Source: Podarcis melisellensis (taxonomy: Eukaryota). Taken from it: a stretch of 64,000 bases of DNA. Positions 22,001 to 32,090 of the stretch are shown here, in pieces. The notes beneath the pieces were generated by a model, which saw only the letters and a program-made list of their open reading frames with translations, was not told the DNA's origin and did not search any database. The stretch is taken from the NCBI GenBank assembly GCA_964234715.1, contig OZ174275.1; one strand, written 5' to 3'. The translations under genes were made by a program, and so were the position numbers. The stretch's first letter is position 1, and each line of letters opens with the position of its first letter.

Positions 22001-24406
22001 TTGGAAGAAAATACAAAGATTGATGTCAGGTATCTTTTTATCAAGACTAAAAAACTATCCTAAATAAAAACACAAAACAGAAAGAAAAAGAGAAAACAAG
22101 ATGAAGAAAAAAGGAGAAGAAAAGGGTGTGTGTGTGAGAAAATGAGAACTTCTGATTCTTCATCTGTCAGCTATATGTAGAAAATTATTCAACACATCCA
22201 CTCCAAGATAAACACCCAACAAATCTGCTTTCAAGAAACCAAAGCCAAGGTTTCTTCATACTGTGTACCAAGGCATGTGTGAACAAGGCAATCCAACTTC
22301 TACAACAAGAAAATTCCAATCCTGTGCCCACACTCAGTTATTCGAGTAAATGTGTGGTTTATGTAGCACAGGCTTCCTCAATCTCAGCCCTCCAGATGTT
22401 TTGAGACTACAATTCCCATAATCCCTGACCACTGGTCCTGCTAGCTAGGGATCAAGGGAGCTGTAGGCCAAAAACATCTGGAGGGCCGAGGTTGAGGAAG
22501 CCTGATGTAGCATATACCTTCTCAGTTTTGATTACATCTGAATTAGTTCAGGAAGTTTGTTCAAAGTGCTGGCCTCTTTGATGAGTGTGGGGTGTACAGC
22601 AGAGGGAAAGCCAAATGCATGTATAGAAGTGTGATTTGAGGTGACATTGGAATGAGGACACAGATACTTTTGCACCCTGGAACTTTATGTGATCCCTGTC
22701 TCTTTCCAAAGTGTATATTTAAACACAAGAATAAGAGAAACACTAGTGGAAATAATACAAAAAGCTACCTGAGATTCTCACATATCAAATTTGGTACCAA
22801 CAACCCTGCCCAGAGCACCCTCCCCACCTGTTTTTTGAGTTTGCTCAGACTTTGGCGATTGCTTACTGGCAAAATATGTTACTATTCAAACCTGTTGGCC
22901 AGAGCTATGAGAGAGAAAGTTCCTCAGCAGAGGTGGACTGTGATCTGTTTCAGAACTCCCCCTTCCCCTGTTGCAATTTTGTCAGTTGGCATATGTCTTG
23001 GGACATCAAACAATGCAGATCTTCTGTAGTTGTGTGTGCACAGCTACATAGAACATGATAGCTCTGTGGTTAGAGCATGGTGCTGATAATACCAAGGTTG
23101 CAGGTTTGTGTTATCAGCGCCCTGCTCTAAACAAGTGAGCTATCATGCTCTAAGTGCTGAAGGCCAGGCTGCTGAAGGAAGTAACCTCTAGCATTTAAAC
23201 TGTCACACTTCACTTACTGCTTAGCTGAATTATATTTTTCTTCTTTCTCCTACAGTGCAGCCATTGGAGGAACCTAGAGGAGACAGGTAGGTTTGCTCTG
23301 TATTGTCTTCATAGCGGAGATGGTTCTTGCCACCCTTCTGCCTTGCCTGCTTTCTTTTACTCAGTATTTTGACCTGTGTCATGACCTGAAAAGTGCTTCC
23401 CCAAATGGGTTGTAGGGCTCCTTACTCATTTCCCTTCCTTAATGGGGTCAGGTTTGGTTCTGGTTTCGGTTTCTAGAAATTGGAAGTGTCGGACGGATGG
23501 ATGCCTTCTTCTCAGGATTTAATGGCATTTCAAGCCCAAGAGGAGGCGCTCAATTGTAGTCGTCACCTACTGGATGGATGTCTGTCCTGAAAATGCCACC
23601 TGAGGCTTAGGAGGCATGGGGTTCCAAGAAAGGAATGTAGGAAGGAATTAACAGTTGTGCTGTGGCAGTCATTTCATCAGCACAAGCTTTTCAGTTTCTC
23701 AGACAGAACAATCCCCCATCTCCCCCAGCCCTGGTCTGGGAGGGTCTCCTAATCTTCCCTGTGCTGATTTCCCTGTGGGGAGGGAGTCCTATTCCACAGG
23801 CAGAGATTCTTGTGCAAGTCCCTGTTAGCAGGACTAGTTAGTTGAATCATGCCCCTTTTGGGCGGGCTTCACCTAACCAGCCCCATTGGTGAAAGCCCTG
23901 CTCAAGAACTCTGCTTGTGGCTTTCCCTCCTCTTTTTCCCCCACCCCACAAATTGGCTCTGGGGGAGTTGGAGGAACCAATGAGGGGGAGAGGCAAGCTG
24001 AATTACTTGCACATATGGAACAATTGAAAGAGGTCAACATTTGGCCATAGCTTTGTTCCACAACAACTTTGATAGCTTTCTGTTAATACTGCCTGCAGGA
24101 AGTGATTCTCTGTTGCTTGTGGCAAGCGTACTTGGAAGGTCTACAGTACTGATACATTGTTTCCATCCCTGTAGTGACAGTGAGATGGCAAGAGCGCAGC
24201 CTCACCTGTTAAGTGTCCCAGAGCTCTGTCGTTTCCTGGCAGAGAGCTGGATTACCTTCAGATTGTACCTTCAGGAGCTGCTGCAATACAAGAGGCAAAA
24301 CCCTGCTAAGGTAAGCTGGGAGTCATCAGGCCCTCTCAGAAAAAATCCTAGAACATGGCTACTTTCCCCCATGGTGCCTTTGGGCCGTGGCTTGTTAACA
24401 CATACA

Positions 24407-24437
<31 letters not shown>

Positions 24438-27400
24438 TCAAATACATTTATTCAAATACAAATACATATTCACAGTTGCTCCTAGCACTTAGGGCTGCTT
24501 CACACTGGATTATTTTTCTACATGGATATTGCTTCAGTTTAAGAAAGGATGTGCATACACAACAGCATGTGGTATAAACGTTGTATTCCAAACAGCAATT
24601 TTAAGGGAGAAGAAGAAGAAGAAGAGTTTGATTTGATATCCCGCCTTTCACTCCCTTTAAGGAGTCTCAAAGCGGCTAACATTCTCCTTTCCCTTCCTCC
24701 CCCACAACAAACACTCTGTGAGGTGAGTGGGGCTGAGAGACTTCAAAGAAGTGTGACTGGCCCAAGGTCACCCAGCAGCTGCATGTGGAGGAGCGGAGAC
24801 TCGAACCCGGTTCTCCAGATTACGAGACTACCCCTCTTAACCACTACACCACACTGGCTCTTGATACTTGATAAGGGAATCAAGTATTCTTCACAATATA
24901 TGTGGAAACAAAAAATGGGAGTAGGGTTTTAATCAAGTATGCCAGTACAGACAAGGTTACAGTGTGTTCCAGAAACTATCCTGAGAAAAACAGCTGAGGG
25001 CAGACATACCCTTAGCCTGCACATACGTGTTGATGTTGCTTTGTAGATGTCACTTCCTTGTTTCTTTTTCCTCCGCTGTCACCCAGTTCTGTTTAGTAAT
25101 CCAAAATGCATAATGTGATATATTTGTGTTGCAACTCTGTTCTTGACATTTGTCTTTCATTGCAGAGGGGCATTTCTATGTGATGGCCTCATTCCTGCAT
25201 TGAAATGTGAGATTGTTGCTTGCAGCAGTTGCTCCATATAAGCAGTAAATGAGCAGTTCTGGCCCTGAGCAGAATTCAGATTTTAATGCTGTAGTGTCTG
25301 GGATTTATGAGCATAGATGGCAAGCAGCTCTCTCTATTGATTAATTAATGGCCTGTCCTTGGAGGAGAAAGCATTACCTTATATTATATAGTCAAGATCA
25401 GTTAAAGGGAAGGCAGGTAGAGAGGGAAGTAATGTATGGGCCTTATTTTATCTCAGGATGAGGGAAGTCCTGAAATCTGTTCCAGTCACCTTTTGCCAGT
25501 GGCAAATTTCTTCCATTTCCATTGACAGCCTTAATAGTGAATCAAACACATACTCTTTTCAGAGGGTTGGGATTGGCATAGAAAAAGTCAGGCTTTTTCC
25601 TCTTGTAGTCAGCTATTTGCCCATTTGTCAGTTACTTTCAGACATGCAGCTTGCTGTTGCAGGTACTTCTGGATCCCCACCCGGCTCTGTTATAACACTA
25701 CTTGGCAGCAGCACCCAGGAGAAAAAGAGTAGCCTATCGTTCTGGCATGGCAGATGCACAAAGCATGCAAAATGGCTGTGTGGTGAATACAAGCAGTTAT
25801 TAATTAAAACAAGGTTCTCTGGGATTGGAGGCGTCTCTTGAGCCATTGCAAAGGTGGCTTATTCTGTGCTAAACCTTTCTTCTCTATCTTCTTTTGCCTT
25901 GTACTTCCAGTTTTGTGCCAGAGTCTGCTCAGGATGCTTGATCTTAGCGATAGTAGGACACTATGTTCCTGGAATCATGATTTCCTACATTGTCTGTGAG
26001 TATAACTGGACTGTTTTATCCCTTAAAACTAGACATGTGACTTAACTAAGCATATGCCCAGGAATTTTCTTTATCCAGCTCATTTAAAAGAAATTAAGAG
26101 CACATAATAGTTCCGACACCTTGTGGGGAACAGGGACACAGATTGAATTTAATGAGGTGCAGCTGGTGGAGGGCTGGACACTGAGTAATCTTTGGAAAAT
26201 TGGCTGCTTCTTTGTCTCTGAGAATATATGCTTCTAACACTTTCTGGACTGTCTCCAGTGCTCAGTATCTTGCTGTGGCCGCTGGTGGTGTACCATGAAC
26301 TTATCCAGAGGATGTACACACGCTTGGAGCCCATTCTGATGAAACTGGACTACAGCATGAAGGTGGATACCTTGCATCTCAAACACGAAAAGAAAAGTAA
26401 GACAACAGCTCCACAGTACCTGAAATGCATAGCTTTTGATGATAGGATGCAGGATGTAAGTCCCAGCAAGTAAAAATTAGAAACTCGGCTGTCTAGCTAG
26501 GAGCATTCAGTCCAGTGGGGTGAGGTCCAAAATCACTGGAGATGGCTGGATTTTAATTTGCATTAGTGTCCGGTACAGTGATACCTTGGGTTACAGACCC
26601 TTCAGGTTACAGACTCCGCTAACCCAGAAATAGTACCTTGGGTTAAGAACTTTGCTTCAGGATGAGAACAGAAATTGTGCGGTGGTGGCGCGGCAGCAGC
26701 AGGAGGCCCCATTAGCTAAAGTGGTATCGTGGGTTAAGAACAGTTTCAGATTAAGAACAGACCTCCAGAATGAATTAAGTTCTTAACCCGAGGTACCCCC
26801 GTACTGTGAGGAAGCACGGTCTGTATGAAGCTTCTGATAAAATATTCCCCTGGTCCTCTTCTTATAGGACTAGTTTGACTGATGTCCCATTAAGCATTTT
26901 ATATATGTTTTCTAACAGAGCGTCAAGGAAAGAGTGAGCCCGAAGCTGGCAATGAGCCGATGGCAGAGACTGAAAGTGAGAGTGAGGCGGAGCTATCTGG
27001 GTATTCTCCAGTGGTAAGAGCATGGGAAGGGATGCATGTTGGTGTTGAGCTTCATTCCTAATAATTCATTTCTTTCAAGTGATGTGAGTTTGCCTGCAGG
27101 GTTGGAAGGTCTGAGATCTTGTACTTGTTCCCTTCATAAAGGCTACTGTATTCAAGCTGACTTAGGAACTTGCAGGTTTTGGAGGGCCTTCGTCCCCCAC
27201 CCTCACCCCTTTGGGCCTTGCCTTATCTTCTCAACACTATTATCACCAACTGCTCTTTTTTGTCATTGTTACCACCTTTGTGCTTGCTGGGCAAAGAGCC
27301 AGTGAACAAGCAGGTATTGGCATCTGTTGCCCCTCCTCACTTTCCCAGTGGTCTTGACCACTGCAAAAGGCAGGTGAACAAGGAGATTGCAATGATGAAG

Positions 27401-30400
27401 AGGCAGAGAAGGTCCAGTGGTGGCTCGTCAGTGGTCCCACTCCTGAAGTGTGGCCCCTTAGCAGATCCATCCTGACCCTTGATGCCTGTCCTGGAAACTT
27501 GGCATGATACTTCAGATTCAGGGGGACAGAGAGGAGTGGTCAGGTTGGCATTGTTGGGGGCATCTCTCTCCAAATTCTCCCTCCAACTTCTGACTCTCCA
27601 ACCTTTCTTTTCAGAGCCAAAATCACTCTATCTCTCAGGGTTTAGGTGGAAGAGTTAGACTTGGAGGATAGCTCTTCCTCATTATTGCCAACACTAATTA
27701 GATATATAACCAACCTGGTATGTTGGATCTGGGTTCAAATTCCTGTTTGGTCAGAGTGGGTCAAGTGGGTTAAATGTTTAAGACACAACAGCATGTCCAA
27801 TTTTAAATCCGGAAAATAAGATGGCAGAATCCCAAGTCACTGATTCCTCTACAGTTAATCTTACAACTAATTTTTGTAATTGGAACAGCCATCTTTTTGA
27901 TAATCCATGCATTGTTTCCATTCAGTAAAAGATTAATATTTTTAGTGCATCCCTCTTTGAAATCCAAGTTAATATTGGCTCAGACTCTGATGGCAGAGAT
28001 TCTAGGCTAACAGGTGGGACCTAGTGGCTCCACTGTAAGGTGGAGATTTTTAGCCACAAGAACAAAAAATGTCCTCACGCTCTTCCTTTTTGCAGGTGGA
28101 TGTGAAGAAGACAGCTCTGGCATTGTCAATTACAGACTCTGAGCTCTCTGATGAGGAAGCCTCTATCCTGGAGAGTGGAGGCTTCACCGTCTCCAGAGCT
28201 ACCACACCACAGCTGACTGACGTGTCTGAAGGTGCCATTTTCTTACTCCCCAAACCCAAATGCTGCATATTATTTGGGGCCACTGTGTGGTAGAGTACAA
28301 GTTGTGTGTTCCCTTCTAGAGTGTTCAGAGATGAAAACTAGGATATGAAGGGTAGTTGTAGTTGAATTCATGAGAATGATGAACTTTGGGCTGAAAAGGA
28401 CCAAAATCAAATCTGATTCCTGATTTCCAGACTTTGAGTGGCCCCTGAATACAGCTGTCTTCACCAGGAAACACGGATGTACTTGTTTACTATATTTTTA
28501 CATGTTACAGTGCAGAGTCCAGTGTCTTTATTATTTCTTGATTGATGATAGACATCCCAGACTGTTCTGTAACTTGTAGGCCATTGGGAGAATGCGAGTA
28601 GCTCCCTTACTATGGTTACTGGTGCCACACACAAACAGCCCCAAGTTCTTCTGCAGCATTGTGAAGTCTTCAGGGATTAGCTGTCCACTCTAGGCTCTCC
28701 TTGCCTGAGCTTTGATCCCCCTACACTCTTCTCCCCCACCTAAGATGAACAGCTGACATTACCAAGGCAACATATTTCACAGAGGATTGCAGTCCTTGAG
28801 GCTGTAAGCCAAAAAGACCCACTTCTTCAAGTATTCCATTTCCTTGTCACCCTGGCTTGCCTTACATAAGGAGTGGTCAACCTTTTTAGACCAAGGGCAG
28901 CATTTCCTCTCTGCCAGTGATTGGCGGACTGAGCAGAAAATGGAAATTTTGCCTCTGTATAGTAGGCTACTTTCTAAGCACACTTGCACACCCATTTCTC
29001 TTCTCCATCCAGGCCAGCAAGAGGCAGTATCAGAATTCAGTGATGCATCCCAGCCAGGCAAAAACACTCAAAGGAAGGGTACAAACCAGGGCTGGTGAGA
29101 GGTGTGGCTTTGGCAGAGAAGGGTGTGGTGAAGTAGGAAGTGTAGCCTTACCAAATCCTGAGGGCCAGATGGAGAGGCTTAGAAGGCTGCATCTGGCCTC
29201 CAAACCTGAGCTTCCTTTCCCCTGAACATAACTTTTATTCATTTGCAAGCCTCCTACCCCCCACACCACACACAACAGTGTAAATTGCAAACCAGAAAGG
29301 ACGGTATTTTAATGCAGAAACTAGCACACTTGTACTATATAGATGTTGTAGTAGCTAGTGGTAATGTGGTATCATTACTGCTAAATCTCTGTGTATGTGA
29401 AAATCCAAAGTATTGGATCTTGTTCCATAATAGCTCATTTACACACTTAGAAGTAGCAGTTGCAGCCAATTCCACTGCAGTAGCATGCAGAGCTTTTCCC
29501 GAGGCTTTACCAATGAGGAAGAACCTGGTGGAGTAACTTCAGGGAGCCCCAGCCTGCAATGCTAAGTATGATTGTGTTTGTTTGTATAGTGCCTTAGAGT
29601 GCTTTGAAGCACATCAGCTTTGTTATCATGTTATCCTAGCTGCCTTGTATGATAGGTCAGGGTTGTTGCCATGGTGCATGTTGGCACCAATGACGTGGGG
29701 AAATGTCATGTAACTCTGGAAACACAATTTATGTAGCTAAGTTGGAGGTTGAGAGCCAGGACCTTCGCGGTAGATTTATTTTAAATGCTACCTTTTCCAT
29801 GCACAAGGCAGCTAGACAGGCAGGGTTGAGTAGTTCAATGTATGGGTGAGTTGGTGGAGAGGTTTGGATTTGTTAAGCACTGAGAAATGTTCTGGGACAA
29901 GCCAGGCCTGTACAGAAGGGGCAGGCTCCATTGCAGCTGGGATGGAACCAGACTGTATATGCTTAAAAGGTGGCAGAGCAGCTGTTCAGCTGTTTGCTGG
30001 GAGAAAGCCACTTGAAGCTGAGGATCATCTTGTTTGGGGCAAACCATCCAGGGGAATCCAGGAAATTTCAGGGTGGTTAGTTTAATGTCTCTTCTGGGAA
30101 AACTGGTGGCAAGCACAATTAAAGATTGGAATACCAAGCATATAGAAGGACAAGCTTTGCTGAGTCAGAATCAGTGTGGCTTCTGCAAGGGTAAGTCCTG
30201 TGTTTTAGAATGTTAGCAAGCACATAGAGAGAAAGAAGTGATCCAATTGACATAGTGTACTTAAACTTTCAAAAAGCCATTGACTATGGAGTCCCTTGCC
30301 CAAGACACCTGATTAAGTTTAGCAGCTGTGAAATAAAAGGACATGCTGTTATAGATCAGGACTGGTTAAGAAACAGCAGAGAGTAGAAATTAATGAAGGG

Positions 30401-32090
30401 TTTTCCCAATGCAGTGGTGTCGGTTAAAACAGAAAGGAATTGTGATGGGCTTCAAAAGGAGAAGTAGACATTAAAATGGGAAATGCAATTAAATGTAAGC
30501 AATGTAAGATTATGCATGGTGTAGAGAAAGAGAGGTGTTTCTCATAATACAAAAATCTGAGGACATGTAATGAAGCTTCATGTTAGAAGACTCAGAACAG
30601 ACAAGAGGAGGTTCACATAGCACATACCGTAGTTTAAACTATGGAATTAGTTCCAGCAAGACGTAGTAATGGCCACCAATGTGGATGGATTTCAAAGACA
30701 AATTTCTGGATGATAAAGCTATCAATGGCTGCTGGCCACAATGGCTTTGTTCACCATCCACTAGTGTGTCTGAATTCCAGTTGCTGGGAGTTCCAAGTGG
30801 GAAGAGTGCTGTTTCGCTCATGTCCTGCTTGTGGATTTCTCATATGAGAACAGGATGCAGGACTAGATGGGGCTTAGGTCTGATTCAGCAAGCCTGTTCT
30901 TATGTTTTTATTGCCCCCATATTGTAGTGCAGGGGGCAGGAGTGAGAATGAGATAGTGGTGGTATATCTAAAGCACCTAATGAGTACATGGCAAAAGTGA
31001 GATTCAAACCAAGGAATTCCTGATTTGTACACTCTTCATAGCCACTACGATACACAGCTTTCATACATCAGCATTAACGTGCATGATACTGCATACATTT
31101 ACCAACTCAGATTTGTTCTGGTGAGATGATTGAACAAGAAAGAAAAGCAGTAGCAAGATCATAGTGGGGTTGGTGACTTTTAATCAGGGAGTACAGCTAT
31201 AGAACAGCAGCAACTGACCTGTTAATGAGAGAATAGGAAAGAACATTTCTGTGCAAGGTCAGGATAAGATGATAAGGAGGCACACAAAGGCAAGTACAGT
31301 AAGTGTATTCAGAAAACAGACTGGCAGCTGAGCTTGGAATGGCAATTGATGATTGAGAACAGGGAATTCTGGGGTATTTGAGGAGGCCATGTTCATACTC
31401 CCAATATGCTTTTCAGATCTGGACCAGCAGAGCCTTCCCAGTGAGCCAGAAGAGTCCTTCTCCAAGGACTTGGCAGAGTTTCCTTCTGTGGAAGAGTTTC
31501 ATTCCAGAGACTTGGGACCACCCAGTGACAACTTTGCAGTGCCTGCCCACACTGCCCACCAACTGGACTCGGCTGAGAAAGACGGCGTGGCGGCAGCAGC
31601 CATGAGTTCAGACACATCCATCCTGTGCCTGGCCTCACCCCTGCACTTTGTAAATACGCACTTCAACGGGAACGGGCAGGCAGTGGCAGGAGGAGCCCTG
31701 GAGCCCCAACCTGTCACTGCCCAAGGCCTGGGGCTGCACATCGATTCACTGAGCCAAGAGATTGTCACCACCGCTATCAGTACAGTAGTGCAGAACACCC
31801 TGTCAGCCCTGCTCCGCTCCTCTGAGGACAACGAGGGGCCTTCTCTCTCTGAGTTCCTGCCCACTGAGCCCGAGGAGAGACTGAGCTTCCAGGCCCAGCT
31901 GTCTGAGAGTGCGGAGGTGGGGGCGGCCTCTCTGCCTGGGGAGGAGGAGGAGGAGGAAGCTGATGATTTTGAGCTGCTTGATCAGAGGGAGCTGGAGCAG
32001 ATGGATGCAGAGCTTGGCCTTTCTGGAGAGACAGAGGCTCAAGCGACACCAGCTCTCCCTCCTGAAGAAGAATCCTTGCCCAGCTCCTAG
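13348..32090 (+). CDS. RETREG2: Reticulophagy regulator 2 (FAM134A), ER-phagy receptor, 552 aa, 9 exons
   Basis: Exons: 13348-13604 ([18 protein letters not shown]..), 19184-19290 ([14 protein letters not shown]..), 23256-23286 ([11 protein letters not shown]), 24175-24310 (..[30 protein letters not shown]), 25911-25995 ([28 protein letters not shown]), 26259-26396 ([35 protein letters not shown]), 26919-27013 (..[16 protein letters not shown]), 28096-28231 ([30 protein letters not shown]..), 31417-32090 (..DDFELLDQ..*). GT-AG, in phase, 1659 nt. Reticulon-homology domain plus C-terminal LIR. Confidence 0.96.
13668..13735 (+). repeat. (GC)n run followed by a 26-bp tandem duplication
   Basis: gcgcgcgcgcgcgcg, then ggggagggggtgttgctcgcgtgcgt twice. 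Confidence 0.85.
16978..17103. repeat. 33-bp inverted repeat plus tandem 14-mer copies
   Basis: Arms 16978-17010 and 17018-17050 (one mismatch); tcaaataggtagaa recurs at 17048, 17062 and 17082. Confidence 0.9.
17272..17639 (-). mobile_element. Sauria SINE, full length
   Basis: On the - strand: gggacgcgggtggcgctgtgggtaaaacc head, B-box ggttcgaatccc, body aagtagataaataggta, (ACCTTT)n tail. Confidence 0.88.
18481..18725. mobile_element. Tc1/mariner (Tigger-like) MITE
   Basis: TIRs CAGTGGTACCTCGGGTTA / TAACCCGAGGTACCACTG with TA target duplication on both sides. Confidence 0.88.
18808..18943. mobile_element. hAT-type palindromic MITE
   Basis: Near-perfect 136-bp fold-back (ggccctccagatgtttt..aaaacatctggagggcc) with 8-bp TSD gcctagat at 18800-18807 and 18944-18951. 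Confidence 0.88.
19021..19057 (+). repeat. (TAAG)9 microsatellite
   Basis: taagtaagtaag.. read directly. Confidence 0.95.
22369..22504. mobile_element. hAT-type palindromic MITE
   Basis: caggcttcctcaa..ttgaggaagcctg with perfect 8-bp TSD atgtagca at 22361-22368 and 22505-22512. Degenerate relatives at ~7015-7090, 9803-9935, 43750-43890, 44115-44240, 49905-50026 and 53140-53245. Confidence 0.88.
23054..23147. repeat. Fold-back inverted duplication of a tRNA-Ile-like (SINE head) fragment
   Basis: catgatagctctgtggttagagcatggtgctgataatac / gtgttatcagcgccctgctctaaacaagtgagctatcatg with a 15-nt loop. Confidence 0.75.
24400..24436 (+). repeat. (TACA)n microsatellite
   Basis: catacatacatacata.. 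followed by degenerate units. Confidence 0.9.
24608..24860 (-). mobile_element. tRNA-derived CORE-type SINE (Squam3-like) with L2-type 3' end and (TTC)n tail
   Basis: On the - strand: gagccagtgtggtgtagtggttaag (A box), gggttcgagtctcc (B box), CORE-like gggtgaccttgggccagtcac, 3' gttagccgctttgag..ggcgggatat, then ttcttcttc. Family name is from recall. Confidence 0.8.
26576..26801. mobile_element. Tc1/mariner MITE, same family as 18481-18725
   Basis: TA-CAGTGATACCTTGGGTTA..TAACCCGAGGTACCCCCG-TA; shares internal gggttaagaactttgcttcaggatgagaacagaaat. Confidence 0.85.
28868..29223. mobile_element. Degenerate hAT-like non-autonomous element
   Basis: ggagtggtcaaccttttt start and ctggcctcc..cctgag end; block cagccaggcaaaaacactcaa shared with ~35600-35620; related pieces at ~48255-48340 and 62155-62300. 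Confidence 0.5.
29650..30910 (+). mobile_element. Old, internally deleted CR1 LINE remnant
   Basis: ORF1 esterase-like [11 protein letters not shown] (~29671-29703), ORF2 [27 protein letters not shown] (30058-30201), [10 protein letters not shown] (~30249-30278), CR1-type 3' end ggactagatgg..ctgattcagcaagcctgttcttatgtt. Confidence 0.75.
31962..31979 (+). other. RETREG2: LC3-interacting region (LIR) DDFELL of RETREG2
   Basis: GAT GAT TTT GAG CTG CTT = DDFELL, the canonical FAM134-family LIR, preceded by an acidic E6 run. Confidence 0.9.
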
